From contig CABSCS010000004.1 of assembly GCA_902476355.1 (NCBI GenBank), forward strand, positions 10,085-74,084: 64,000 nt of DNA. The letters are read 5' to 3'. Below, piece by piece: positions 18,630 to 28,975 of the stretch. This DNA is from an uncultured Eubacteriales bacterium. Lineage in GTDB: Bacteria > Bacillota > Clostridia > Christensenellales > UBA1242. The notes under the pieces are model-generated. The model ran no database searches. It saw only the letters and a program-made list of their open reading frames with translations, and was not told the DNA's origin. The stretch's first letter is position 1. Each line of letters opens with the position of its first letter. Made by a program: the position numbers and the translations under genes.

Positions 18630-19883
18630 TTATTTGTTTATAATATTGTTTAAAGCAATCATAATGCCAAGTTTGCCATATTCATAGGTCAGTCCGCCTT
18701 GCATAAATGCGAAATATGGTGGGGTCATTGGGCCGTCGCAACTAAGTTCAATTGTCGCACCAGAAATGAAACTTCCGCCAGCCATAACCTCGTCATGAGG
18801 ATAGCCGTCCATAGGGGCAGGAACAGGAGTAACAAAACTGTCAATTGGGCAACCAAATTGAATTCCTTTGCAAAATTCAACAAGATTTTCTGCGGTGTTC
18901 AATTTGATTGTTTGAATAATGTCGGTTCTTTTTTCATCAAAAGTTGGTGAGACTTCATATCCAAGTTCTTCAAGCATTGCGCTTGCGAAAACAGCGGTTT
19001 TAACAGATGATGCAACAACAGATGGTGCAACATAAAGTCCACGATAGAAATCCAAGTTTTCGTTCAGGTTTGCACCAATGTTTTTTCCAATGCATGGGGC
19101 AGAAAAGCGTTCGGCAACATCTTCAATAAGTTCTTTTTTGCCAACAACATATCCGCCAGTTCTTGCAACTCCACCGCCAAGATTTTTCATGAGAGAACCA
19201 ACCAAAATGTCGCAACCAACTTCGGTTGGTTCTTTTTCTTCAACAAGGTCGCCATAGCAGTTGTCAACCATGATGATAACTTTTTTATCAACTTCTCTAA
19301 TTGCTTTGCAAACTCTTTCAATTTTATCAATTGTCAAACTTTTGCGGTCGCTATATCCACGGCTTCTTTGAATTTCAACAAGTTTAACATCATGTTTTGA
19401 AAGTCTTTTCACAATTGCAGGAATGTCAAAATCGTTGCCATCAAGTTCGATTTGCTCATATTTTGCGCCATATTTTAGAAGTGAGTTTCTGCTGTTTCCT
19501 TCGGTTCCAATAACACTTTTAAGTGTGTCATATGGGTCGCCAGAAATTGAAATGAAAGTGTCACCAGGCTTCAAAAGTCCAAAAAAGGTGAGAGCCAAGG
19601 CGTGTGTTCCAGACATGATTTGGTTTCGAACAAGTGCGTCTTCTGCTCCGAAAATGCGAGCATAGATTCTTTCAAGTTTGTCGCGTCCTTCGTCATAGAA
19701 ACCATAGCCAGTAATTTCGTTAAAGTCGGTTGTTGTCACTCTTTCGGCTTGAAATGCTTGAAGCACTTTTGCAGAGTTTTTCATGCAAATGCGGTCAATG
19801 TTTTCAAAAATTGGTTTAATTTTCTCTTCGGTTTTTTCTGCAAGAGAAACAAGTTCTTTGCTAAAATTATAATTGTTATACAT
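18630..19883 (-). CDS. ynbB: PLP-dependent methionine gamma-lyase family protein (YnbB, aluminium-resistance family)
   Basis: N-terminal region ...VLQAFQAERVTTTDFNEITGYGFYDEGRDKLERIYARIFGAEDALVR is characteristic of this family as I recall it. Confidence 0.75.
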   Translation of the reverse strand: MYNNYNFSKELVSLAEKTEEKIKPIFENIDRICMKNSAKVLQAFQAERVTTTDFNEITGYGFYDEGRDKLERIYARIFGAEDALVRNQIMSGTHALALTFFGLLKPGDTFISISGDPYDTLKSVIGTEGNSRNSLLKYGAKYEQIELDGNDFDIPAIVKRLSKHDVKLVEIQRSRGYSDRKSLTIDKIERVCKAIREVDKKVIIMVDNCYGDLVEEKEPTEVGCDILVGSLMKNLGGGVARTGGYVVGKKELIEDVAERFSAPCIGKNIGANLNENLDFYRGLYVAPSVVASSVKTAVFASAMLEELGYEVSPTFDEKRTDIIQTIKLNTAENLVEFCKGIQFGCPIDSFVTPVPAPMDGYPHDEVMAGGSFISGATIELSCDGPMTPPYFAFMQGGLTYEYGKLGIMIALNNIINK

Positions 19884-19989
19884 TTTCTTTTCTCCAAATA
19901 TGAAAACATTTTATCACAAATCAAATGCATTTCCAAGTGAAAATAAAAAAATCAGGGAAAACCCTGATTTTGTTTTGTGTCTAAACCTA

Positions 19990-20661
19990 TTATTTTTGAA
20001 GTTCTGCAAGTTTTGCTTTGAGTTCTTCATTTTCTTGTTTAAGTCTCAAATTTTCTTTTTTGAGCATTTCAAGTTCGCTTTCTTGTTTTGTTTCTGGTTT
20101 ATCACCATCTTTTCTTTTTGATGCAATAACAGAAGAAGCAATCAAAAGTCCAGCTGTAACAATTGCGTCAATAATCAAAACTTCAAGCATACCTTTGATT
20201 TCAAGAAGGTTAAATCCACCAATAAGAATTGAAATCATAATTGCCAAAACGCCAAGAGCAACATAGGTTGGAATTTGAAGTCCAAGAAGAGACTTTTGAA
20301 GTTTAGAATAAATTGAAAGAACAGCAATGAATGCAACACTTAAAACTGCAACGATTCCGGTGATTCTGTTGAACACGTTATAGTTGAAAAGAAGTGGAGA
20401 ACAGAAAACAACAAGAGCCATTAAAACAGAAAGTGCCAAAAGTCCAAGTCCAACAAATCCAAGGATTCTTTTTCTTTCAATAATATTGATTTCGCTGATT
20501 GCAATTGCGCATGCAAGTGATGTCGTTGCAAAAATCAAAAGGAAGCGGAGCGCGATGCCGTGGAAAACATCAACCTTGAAAACCGCCAAAATAAGCATCA
20601 AACAAGAAATTGCAAGTGTTACAAGCGAAACAATCATTAAACTTTTTTTAGTTTTGTTCAT
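19990..20661 (-). CDS. multi-pass membrane protein with a C-terminal coiled-coil tail
   Basis: Start set at MNKTKK after the AAAGGAG RBS. About six hydrophobic helices, then ELEMLKKENLRLKQENEELKAKLAELQK. Confidence 0.55.
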   Translation of the reverse strand: MNKTKKSLMIVSLVTLAISCLMLILAVFKVDVFHGIALRFLLIFATTSLACAIAISEINIIERKRILGFVGLGLLALSVLMALVVFCSPLLFNYNVFNRITGIVAVLSVAFIAVLSIYSKLQKSLLGLQIPTYVALGVLAIMISILIGGFNLLEIKGMLEVLIIDAIVTAGLLIASSVIASKRKDGDKPETKQESELEMLKKENLRLKQENEELKAKLAELQK

Positions 20662-20837
20662 AGTTTTCTCCTTTAATATTGTTGTTTTTGTATTACCATA
20701 AAACACACGTGTTTGGCAAACGATTTTTGGCTTTAAACATGCTTTTTATTGTTTTTTGTGCAAAAATTGCACCTTTTTATATGTTTGTTTGCGGATTTTC
20801 TGTAAATATTATAGAATATGTGTGGGGAAAAGATAAA

Positions 20838-21061
20838 ATGAAAAAAGAAAAGTAGTCATCATTTCGGGTGCAATAAGTGGAATTTTGGTTCTTTTAAGTG
20901 TTTTGGTTTATCTTGTTTTAGGAATCGTAATAAATTGGTGGAACCCGGGTTGGGTTATCGTTGTTGCTGCTGCCATTTTAAGTGCAAAATTATCAGTTTT
21001 AACAAACATGATTATTGAACTTAAAAAAGCAGAAACCGAAGCGAAAGATAAAACCGAATAA
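20838..21061 (+). pseudogene. small (about 74 aa) two-TM membrane protein gene disrupted at an A-run
   Basis: ATG AAA AAA GAA AAG TAG. Adding one A gives MKKRKVVIISGAISGILVLLSVLVYLVLGIVINWWNPGWVIVVAAAILSAKLSVLTNMIIELKKAETEAKDKTE*. Confidence 0.4.
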
Positions 21062-21235
21062 AACAAATAACGAAGAGTCTTGATTTCAAGTCTTTTTTTT
21101 GTTTGATTATTATTATAATAAAATCCAAAGCTGAACACATTCGACAAATTTGTTTAAAACAAATTATGAAAATCATTATTATTTGGCGCGTTTCATATGA
21201 TATAATGAAGAAAATCAATAAAAAGGTGAACAAAA

Positions 21236-23596
21236 ATGCAAGACAAATTTTCAACTCCTGAATATTTTGACAAACTTAACAAATATTGGAATGCAGCAAA
21301 CTATCTTTCTGCTGCACAACTTTATCTTCTTGACAATCCTTTAATGCGTGACCATGAACTTTGCATGGCAGACATTAAAAGAAAAATTGTTGGACACTGG
21401 GGAACAGTTCCTGGGCAAAACTTTATCTATGCTCATTGCGATCGTGCAATTTGCAAATATAACCTTGACATGATTTTATTGTCGGGCCCTGGTCATGGTG
21501 GAAACTTCTTGGTTGCAAACTCATATCTTGAAGGCGTATATTCTTCTGTATATCCAAAAATCTCCGAAGACAGAGAAGGCATGAAACGCCTTTGCAAGCA
21601 GTTCTCTTTTCCGGGTGGAATTGGCTCTCACTGCGTTCCTGAAACCCCAGGCTCAATTCATGAGGGTGGTGAACTTGGCTATTCGCTTTCACACGCTTTT
21701 GGTGCGGTTCTTGACAATCCAAATTTGATTGCAACTTGCATTGTTGGTGATGGCGAGGCTGAAACTGGACCTCTTGCAACTTCTTGGTTTGGCAACAAAT
21801 TTATCAATCCAAAAACCGATGGAACTGTGCTTCCAATTTTGCACATGAACGGTTTCAAAATTTCAAACCCAACAATCTTGTCGCGTTTGTCAGACAATGA
21901 TATCATTTCTTTGTTCGATGGCTATGGCTATCGTCCATATTTCGTTTCGGGTTCCGACCCAATGGATATGCACAAGAAAATGGCGTTTGCAATGGACAGA
22001 GCAATTGAAGACATTGCGCTCATCAAGAAAACCGCAAATGCAGTTCAATCTCAAATCAAATGGCCAATGATCATTTTAAGAACACCAAAAGGATGGACTT
22101 GTCCAAAGGTTGTAGACGGCAAACAAATTGAAAACAGTTTCAGAGCACACCAAGTTCCAATTTCAATGGACAGAGCAGAACATCTTGAACTTTTAAAAGG
22201 CTGGCTTGAAAGTTACAAACCAAATGAACTTTTCGATGAAAACTATCGTTTGAAAAAAGAAATTGCAGAAATTTTGCCAAAAGGAGACAAACGTCTCACT
22301 GCGTCAAAATATGCAAATGGTGGTCTGCTTTTAAAGGAAATTAAAACTCCACCAATCGAGAACTATGCCGTTCAGTTCAAAGGTCATGGAACAGTGAAAG
22401 CGCAAGACATGCTTGAACTTAGCGGATATATTCGTGATTTGTTTGTTTTGAACCGTGAAAATAAAAACTATCGAATTTTCAGCCCAGACGAAGCAATGAG
22501 CAATCGTCTTTACAAAGTTTTTGAATATGAAAATCGTGCATTCTGCGAAAGAATCTATGCAAGCGATGAGTTTCTTTCACCTCTTGGAAGAATTCACGAT
22601 AGTTATCTTTCTGAACATCTTTGCGAGGGCATGCTTGAAGGCTATTTGCTTACTGGTCGTCATGGAATGTTTGACAGTTACGAGGCGTTTATCCGCGTTG
22701 TAGACAGCATGGTTGCTCAACACGCAAAGTGGCTTAAAGTTGCAAAAGAGATTCCTTGGAGAAAACCAATTTCTTCGCTTAACTTGATTTTGACAAGCAA
22801 TGTTTGGCAACAAGACCACAATGGTTTCACTCACCAAGACCCAGGATTTATGGATCACATTGTTGCAAAGAAAGCCGACATTGTGCGCGTTTATCTTCCT
22901 GCCGATACAAACTGCTTGCTTTCATGTTTCGATCATGCAACAAAAAGCAAAAACTATGTGAATGTGATTGTTGCTTCAAAACACCCAACATATCAATGGC
23001 TTTCAATTGATGAGGCAAAAGAACACTGTGCAAAAGGTGTTGGAGAGTGGAAATGGGCAGGAATGAACAACACCAAAAATCCAGACCTTATTGTTGCTTC
23101 TTGTGGCGACACTGCAACAATCGAGTCGCTTGCAACAATAACTCTTCTCAAAAAGTTTTTGCCAGATTTGAATGTTCGTTTTGTCAATGTTGTGGATCTC
23201 ATGAAACTCGTTCCAAACACCGACCATCCACATGGTCTCACCGACAAAGAATATGATGCTCTTTTCACAGAAGACAAACCAATTTTGTTCAATTTCCATG
23301 GATATCCAAGACTTATTCATCAACTTACATATTCAAGAAAGAATCGTAACATGGTTGTTTCGGGCTATAACGAAGAGGGAACAATCACAACTGCGTTTGA
23401 CATTCGCCAAGTAAACGGCGTTGACCGCTATCATCAACTTTTAAAAGCAATTGATAAACTTCCTTTGTCAAAACCTAAATATAAAGAAATTTATGAATTT
23501 GCAACTCGCAAACTTCAAGAAAACCATGATTATATCCGTGAATATGGTGTTGATATGCCAGAAATTGCAGATTGGAACTTTAATAAAAAGCAATAA
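21236..23596 (+). CDS. xfp: xylulose-5-phosphate/fructose-6-phosphate phosphoketolase
   Basis: YWNAANYLSAAQLYL.DNPL, HWGT.PGQNFIYAH, EGGELGYSLSHA, 786 aa. Confidence 0.9.
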   Translation: MQDKFSTPEYFDKLNKYWNAANYLSAAQLYLLDNPLMRDHELCMADIKRKIVGHWGTVPGQNFIYAHCDRAICKYNLDMILLSGPGHGGNFLVANSYLEGVYSSVYPKISEDREGMKRLCKQFSFPGGIGSHCVPETPGSIHEGGELGYSLSHAFGAVLDNPNLIATCIVGDGEAETGPLATSWFGNKFINPKTDGTVLPILHMNGFKISNPTILSRLSDNDIISLFDGYGYRPYFVSGSDPMDMHKKMAFAMDRAIEDIALIKKTANAVQSQIKWPMIILRTPKGWTCPKVVDGKQIENSFRAHQVPISMDRAEHLELLKGWLESYKPNELFDENYRLKKEIAEILPKGDKRLTASKYANGGLLLKEIKTPPIENYAVQFKGHGTVKAQDMLELSGYIRDLFVLNRENKNYRIFSPDEAMSNRLYKVFEYENRAFCERIYASDEFLSPLGRIHDSYLSEHLCEGMLEGYLLTGRHGMFDSYEAFIRVVDSMVAQHAKWLKVAKEIPWRKPISSLNLILTSNVWQQDHNGFTHQDPGFMDHIVAKKADIVRVYLPADTNCLLSCFDHATKSKNYVNVIVASKHPTYQWLSIDEAKEHCAKGVGEWKWAGMNNTKNPDLIVASCGDTATIESLATITLLKKFLPDLNVRFVNVVDLMKLVPNTDHPHGLTDKEYDALFTEDKPILFNFHGYPRLIHQLTYSRKNRNMVVSGYNEEGTITTAFDIRQVNGVDRYHQLLKAIDKLPLSKPKYKEIYEFATRKLQENHDYIREYGVDMPEIADWNFNKKQ

Positions 23597-23981
23597 ATTG
23601 TTTTGTGCAAATTAACCGAAAAATCACACTGCGTTTTTTAATGTGAAATTCTGTAATGTTGAATGTGTTTCTGATTAAAAAGCGCAAAACAGAACAAAAA
23701 TATGCGCAAATTAGTGTAAGAAAAATATAAAAACAATTATTTTAGATATGCATATAGCAAAATAATCATTATAGATTTGCTTATAACAAAACAATAATAA
23801 AAAAATGCTTATGGCAAAATTAAACAATTATAAGAAAAAAATAAAGCCACCAAATGTTTGGTGGCTTTTTATTTGTTTTGATGCATAATTATGTTTTTTT
23901 TATTCATAGTGTGTTTTGTAAGGTTTTTTATGTAAGTTTGGAAAGGAATCAAAAGAGAAGGGAAAAAGAAAATGATTTGCG

Positions 23982-24560
23982 CTATTTGATGTCTTCGTCT
24001 TGATATTTTTTCCAGCAAGAATAGCACATGCTTTCATAACTTTCGTCTCCGCCAATCACAACTTCATCACCTTTTGTGACAACTCTGTTTCCGATTATTC
24101 TTGCGTTCATTGTTGCTTTGGCTCCACACTTGCAAATGCTTTTAATTTCCATAAGACTTTCTGCAAGTTCAACAAGGCGTTTGCTTCCTTCAAAAAGTTC
24201 ACCGCGAAAGTTTTTCAAAAGTCCATAGCACAAAACAACTTTGTCATCACATGTCAATTGTTTCAGTTGGTCAATTTGCTCTGCGGTGCAAAACTGGGCT
24301 TCGTCAACAATGATAACTTTTGCGCCAAATTTGTTTGAAAGGTCATAAAGATTCTCATCTTTTGAAAAAGCAATGCATTCTCTTGAAAGTCCAATTCTTG
24401 TGTGAATCACAATTTTTCCGTCAACCATGTCTCGGGTGTCAAGTGCTGGCTTCAAAAGAAGAACATCAAATCCTTTTTGGTTATAGTTGAAAGCAGTCAT
24501 CAATGCTTGCGCGCTTTTACTGCAACCCATTGTTCCATATTTAAAGTAAAGTTTTTTCAT
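23982..24560 (-). CDS. tdk: thymidine kinase
   Basis: GTMGCSKSAQAL P-loop, VIIVDEAQF, Zn ribbon CKCGAKAT...MCYSCW. Confidence 0.95.
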   Translation of the reverse strand: MKKLYFKYGTMGCSKSAQALMTAFNYNQKGFDVLLLKPALDTRDMVDGKIVIHTRIGLSRECIAFSKDENLYDLSNKFGAKVIIVDEAQFCTAEQIDQLKQLTCDDKVVLCYGLLKNFRGELFEGSKRLVELAESLMEIKSICKCGAKATMNARIIGNRVVTKGDEVVIGGDESYESMCYSCWKKYQDEDIK

Positions 24561-24978
24561 GCGTTTTTCCTCGTTGCGAAAATTATAACATTTTTAATCT
24601 TTCTCCCCAAACAATTTACCAATCAAATTTCTTTTTGTACATTTTGTAAGAAAAAAAACAAAAACGCTAACCAATAAAAAAACAACCACCAGTTAAATGG
24701 TGGATGCATTTTAAATTAAAGTGTCCTCATCTTCATTTTTTAATTATTTCACAATTTCATCATACATTTTAAATGTTGATTTTTTGTTTTCTGTTTAATT
24801 TATCAAGATATATAACTTAACAGACAGCCGATAATTGAAGAGGGACACTTTTTTTATATTTGATTTTTTTATGTTTTTGTTTGTTTTATTTATTTTATCT
24901 GCATCTTATAAAAGTGCATGTCACCGTTTGTGTTCTCTTGACTTTTAAACAATAAAGTGTTATCTTATTTTCAGTTCC

Positions 24979-25018
24979 GACCCCGTAGTAAAATGGATAT
25001 TACAGAAACCTCCTAAGT
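24979..25018 (+). pseudogene. 5' half of a disrupted native tRNA-Arg(CCU) (acceptor, D-arm, anticodon 5' stem and loop)
   Basis: GACCCCG TA GTAA AATGGATA TTAC A GAAAC CTCCTAA GT. It stops pairing after the anticodon loop. The matching 3' half is at 39892-39935. Confidence 0.75.
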
Positions 25019-25142
25019 ACCGACTTGGACAAAATTAAAACCTCTAAACATCTCTAAAACACTGACAATTTGCAAGTAATTCAAACTCGCACAAAACCAA
25101 AGTTCACCAAAAGTTCACCCAAGCACTCAAAAAACTTAATAT

Positions 25143-25219
<77 letters not shown>

Positions 25220-25228
25220 ATTTCAAAG

Positions 25229-25258
25229 AAAAAAGACGCTATTTACGGCGTCTTTTTT
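25229..25258. terminator. bidirectional hairpin terminator
   Basis: AAAAAGACGC-loop-GCGTCTTTTTT between the tRNA 3' end and the stop of the convergent 667-aa gene. Confidence 0.65.
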
Positions 25259-27260
25259 ATAAATCTGTCAAATCAGCGTCATACATCACTTCTAATAATC
25301 GCTTAGCAGTTAGTATCATCGTTTCATAGCTCATAACATTTATTTTATTATTTTCTAATAACGTTAAATCTGCGGGACTATCATGCAGTTGTTTTAAAGC
25401 CTGCGTTCCACAGATAAAATAAGCTTTTACATCATTCGCATTATATATTTCACCCTTTAACTCTTTCATCCTTTGACAAATCGCTTTTCTATATTTAAAT
25501 ATTTGTGAGTTAACTTCATCAGCATCTGGTGCAGAGTATTGAGTCTTCCTTTCCCTTTTTAATTCTATGACTATTGGCAGTCGTTCATCTGAAACCTCTA
25601 TTATTATGTCGGTTCTAACACGATTCGGATCTGAATTATCTATACCTAAATAAGTATACCATTGTTGAGTAAGTAGTGACTTATGATTTTCCCAATGTGG
25701 ACAAATTAACCAAGGATTTTTAGCTAGCAAATTTTCAAACGCACTTTCAACTTCTTTTTTATCCATAAATTCTTTAAGTTTTGCAATTACCGCAAGCTTG
25801 CTTTTTACACTATCTCTTAATCTCAACGAATGATTTATTTCGTTTAAATTAAATATAGCAGAAAAATATTCCAATAACTTCTCATCATCAATAGATTCTT
25901 GCTCGATCAATTTTTGGAATTCTTCATTATTCACTATTTGAATTAATGCCGAAAACAAAAGGTCTGCAAGTTTTTCTTGTTTTTCTATGTTAATTCCAGG
26001 CTGATCAAAAAGGCGTTGGGCAAACTTGTTAAATCTTTTTTTCGATGACTCGTTTAAATTTTCATAATACTTTTTATTTTCTGGTTTTTCTATTACACGT
26101 GTAATGTATTCCTGTTTAGATAAATCTCTATCCGCGCGCATATCATCCCATGCACTAACTATGTTCTTTTTAATATTTTCTAGATAATCTCTCAGTTCAC
26201 TTACTTCAGGTGCATCTAAAAATAATCCCTCTCTACTACTTAATACTACATCTTCATCCAAATCGGCAAGATAATTTGCATTAACTTCCCCAATAATATA
26301 GGCGTCCGCAATTCTATCTTTTTTTGTATTTCTTAGTATATCTTCATCTACAAGTTTACCATTTACATAAATGCTTATCCCTTTTATTGCAACTTCATCG
26401 GATACTTTTAAGTCCGCAGGAATTTCAACAGAAGCCACCCACCCAGTTATACCTTTAGCGAAATCTTCTTCTTTAATTAAATATTTATCTGGTGTGTTGG
26501 GAAAGGTTTCTTTTACCAAATCTTTTTCCACGCCAAAATAGTGTACATTTTCAATTTTTTCATAAAAGAAGTGTTTTGAAAAATCAACGCTAATATTTTG
26601 CCCATCATGAATAATATTGACTTCAAAATTCCCATCATTTAATATTGTTGTTATAGAAAATCTTTGAGATAATAATTTACTTAAAGAATCTAATGTGGAT
26701 TTTGTTATATCTCTTTTTAATTTTGGGAAATAAATAATTGTCCCTGTTGTGATGTCATGGAAATCGTATTCAAATTCTTTACATAAGTCATCTAATGAAT
26801 TTACATATGTCACTGGAATATTTACTTTGGCCTCATCAATTTCTAATAATTGTTTGGCTAATACAATTTTTTTCCAAGTCTCATCAGTGTCACTTTTTGT
26901 AAATAAAACATATTCATCGGCAAGACTAAAAGCAGAAAACTTTCCAATACCTTTTTTACCCATATAAAGTCTTGCTTGCATATCATCTGGTTTTCTAATA
27001 TTAGTATCTTTAGCTTTTCCTGACGTCGCATACCTATTTTGAAATTCCTCATCATTCATTCCTATGCCATTATCTACTATCAACAATGATTTATCTGTAT
27101 AGCATAAATCACATTTTCTTGCATATGCATCCCATGAGTTTGCAACCAACTCAGCAATAGCTGGGGGATTGGTTGTGTATAAATTCCTACCAAAATGTCT
27201 AACCGCACCAAAAGCGATTTGAAATTCTAAATTTGTTAAATGTTCTTTTGAATCTTGCAT
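25257..27260 (-). CDS. GHKL/MORC-like ATPase fused to a C-terminal PD-(D/E)xK nuclease resembling Shedu DUF4263
   Basis: Bergerat-fold boxes AELVANSWDA, DNGIGM, GKKGIGKFSAF. C-terminus NPWLICPHW...RTDIIIEVSDERLPIVIELKR...QIFKYRK. The ATG directly abuts the methyltransferase stop. Confidence 0.65.
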   Translation of the reverse strand: MQDSKEHLTNLEFQIAFGAVRHFGRNLYTTNPPAIAELVANSWDAYARKCDLCYTDKSLLIVDNGIGMNDEEFQNRYATSGKAKDTNIRKPDDMQARLYMGKKGIGKFSAFSLADEYVLFTKSDTDETWKKIVLAKQLLEIDEAKVNIPVTYVNSLDDLCKEFEYDFHDITTGTIIYFPKLKRDITKSTLDSLSKLLSQRFSITTILNDGNFEVNIIHDGQNISVDFSKHFFYEKIENVHYFGVEKDLVKETFPNTPDKYLIKEEDFAKGITGWVASVEIPADLKVSDEVAIKGISIYVNGKLVDEDILRNTKKDRIADAYIIGEVNANYLADLDEDVVLSSREGLFLDAPEVSELRDYLENIKKNIVSAWDDMRADRDLSKQEYITRVIEKPENKKYYENLNESSKKRFNKFAQRLFDQPGINIEKQEKLADLLFSALIQIVNNEEFQKLIEQESIDDEKLLEYFSAIFNLNEINHSLRLRDSVKSKLAVIAKLKEFMDKKEVESAFENLLAKNPWLICPHWENHKSLLTQQWYTYLGIDNSDPNRVRTDIIIEVSDERLPIVIELKRERKTQYSAPDADEVNSQIFKYRKAICQRMKELKGEIYNANDVKAYFICGTQALKQLHDSPADLTLLENNKINVMSYETMILTAKRLLEVMYDADLTDL

Positions 27261-28238
27261 TTATAATTCTCCTTTCGTTTCTTTTAAAATTTGTTCTATG
27301 ATATATTGTAATACATCGACAACAACACTGTTACCAAATTGACAATAACAAGTGTTTATCCCTTCAGCAAGAATGAAACTATCAGGAAAACCCATTAATC
27401 TAGCACATTCTCGTGGCGTTAGTTTACGTACTACATTATTTATTAGATACATCCCGGTTTTTCCGCCAATTCCACCACCTTGAGAAGAAAGGGTTATAGC
27501 ATGTCCAAGAGGAGAATAAATTCTTTCTCCTTGTCTGCCTTTACCGATCTCTCCAATTCTATTTAATGAATTAACTTTTATTTTAACTTTGTTATCATAG
27601 ACATTGATATCTTTTCTATTTACAATATACGTATTAGTATTGGCATTTTCCAATATAGAGTTCAATTCAGTTACTATATTTGTTTTTCCTGGGAATTGAA
27701 AGTTGTTAATTTCTAAATCATTCCTAAACGCCACAAAATAAATACGCTTCCTAGCTTGTGGTATTCCAAAATCTGATGCATTTAAAACTTTACTATAAAT
27801 TTTGTATCCAATATTTTTAAAATCATTTTCTATTTGTTTTAAAGTTTTACCATCATTGTGAGTCTCTAAATTTTTTACATTTTCTAACAATATTAGTTTT
27901 GGTTTATGATACATTGCGATATTTACAACATTTTTATACAATTGACCTCTAGGATCATCTAATCCTTTTTTTTTGCCGGATATACTGAAGCTTTGACATG
28001 GGAATCCAGCACAAATAATATCGTGATTTGGAATATCTTTCGGTTCAACCTGAGTTATATCTCCAGAAACTTTTATATTAAAGTTTTTTTCATATGTATC
28101 AATCGCTTGTTTATCTATATCAGAGGCAAAAACGCATTTTGCACCATAAGATGTAAGTGCCAAATTAAATCCGCCAATACCGCAAAATAAATCTATAAAC
28201 TTATAACCCTTAAGTTTTTTATGTATAATATTTATCAT
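27261..28238 (-). CDS. DNA (cytosine-5)-methyltransferase
   Basis: FCGIGG (motif I), GFPCQSFS (IV), ENVKNL (VI), QARKRIYFV (VIII), QFGNSV (X). Confidence 0.9.
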   Translation of the reverse strand: MINIIHKKLKGYKFIDLFCGIGGFNLALTSYGAKCVFASDIDKQAIDTYEKNFNIKVSGDITQVEPKDIPNHDIICAGFPCQSFSISGKKKGLDDPRGQLYKNVVNIAMYHKPKLILLENVKNLETHNDGKTLKQIENDFKNIGYKIYSKVLNASDFGIPQARKRIYFVAFRNDLEINNFQFPGKTNIVTELNSILENANTNTYIVNRKDINVYDNKVKIKVNSLNRIGEIGKGRQGERIYSPLGHAITLSSQGGGIGGKTGMYLINNVVRKLTPRECARLMGFPDSFILAEGINTCYCQFGNSVVVDVLQYIIEQILKETKGEL

Positions 28239-28312
28239 ATTTCCTCATTTATTTAAATTGATTTAATTACATTATAACATATTTTATTCAAAATAGTATT
28301 TGTTTTTGATAT

Positions 28313-28975
28313 TTATTCAAATATTTTATTTATTACTTCACTGGCATGGATATCGCTGTTCTTTAAGAAGTGGCTGTAGAAGTCGCTAGTGGTTGAAGCT
28401 TTGCTGTGGCCAGCTCTGGCTGATACCGTTTTCATATCTACACCAGCCATTAGTTGTAAGGTTATGTTTGTGTGGCGAAGTGAGTGAAGTGTAACTATTG
28501 GTAGTCCAGCCCTTGCGAGAGATTTCTGTAGCCATACTCGAAGTAATCCTGGGCAGATATCTTTGCCATCTTCTGTGCAGAAAAGTCTATCTGTGTCGCC
28601 AAGTCTATCTCCAAGATATTTCTTTTGGTTTTTCCACCAAGCTTCATATTCATGTAAGTATTCAATGAGTTTGTCTGGCATTGAGATTGTGCGTTTTGAA
28701 TTTTCTGTCTTTGGCTCTTTGGTGATAATTCCAAACCCAACTATATCTTGAACAGATCTTGCGATAGTCATTGTCTTATTGTCAAAGTCAATATCTTTCC
28801 ATTCTAGTCCAGCAAGTTCGCCACGCCTTATTCCCATAAAGAGTGCTATTAGCAAGGCAATCTTCCATCGTGGGTTATCTAGTTTATCTAGATAACTAGC
28901 TAGTTGTTTTGCTTCTTTGTCATTAATTATCTTAACTTCTTTTTTGCTTTGTTTCTGTTTATCTTTGTATCTCTG
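28313..28975 (-). pseudogene. tyrosine recombinase/integrase, 5'-truncated (catalytic domain only)
   Basis: GIRRGELAGLEW, LHSLRHTNIT (HxxR), GHSKASTTSDFYSH (catalytic Tyr). The frame is open only back to 28975, so the N-terminal core-binding domain is missing and there is no ATG. Confidence 0.7.

Noticed and set aside
24747-24860. Long-range inverted repeat AAGTGTCCTC ... GAGGGACACTT followed by a T-run, upstream of the split tRNA
   Set aside because: The arms are only about 10 bp with an unpaired G and are roughly 85 nt apart. It could be a weak terminator for upstream transcription, but the evidence is too thin to call.
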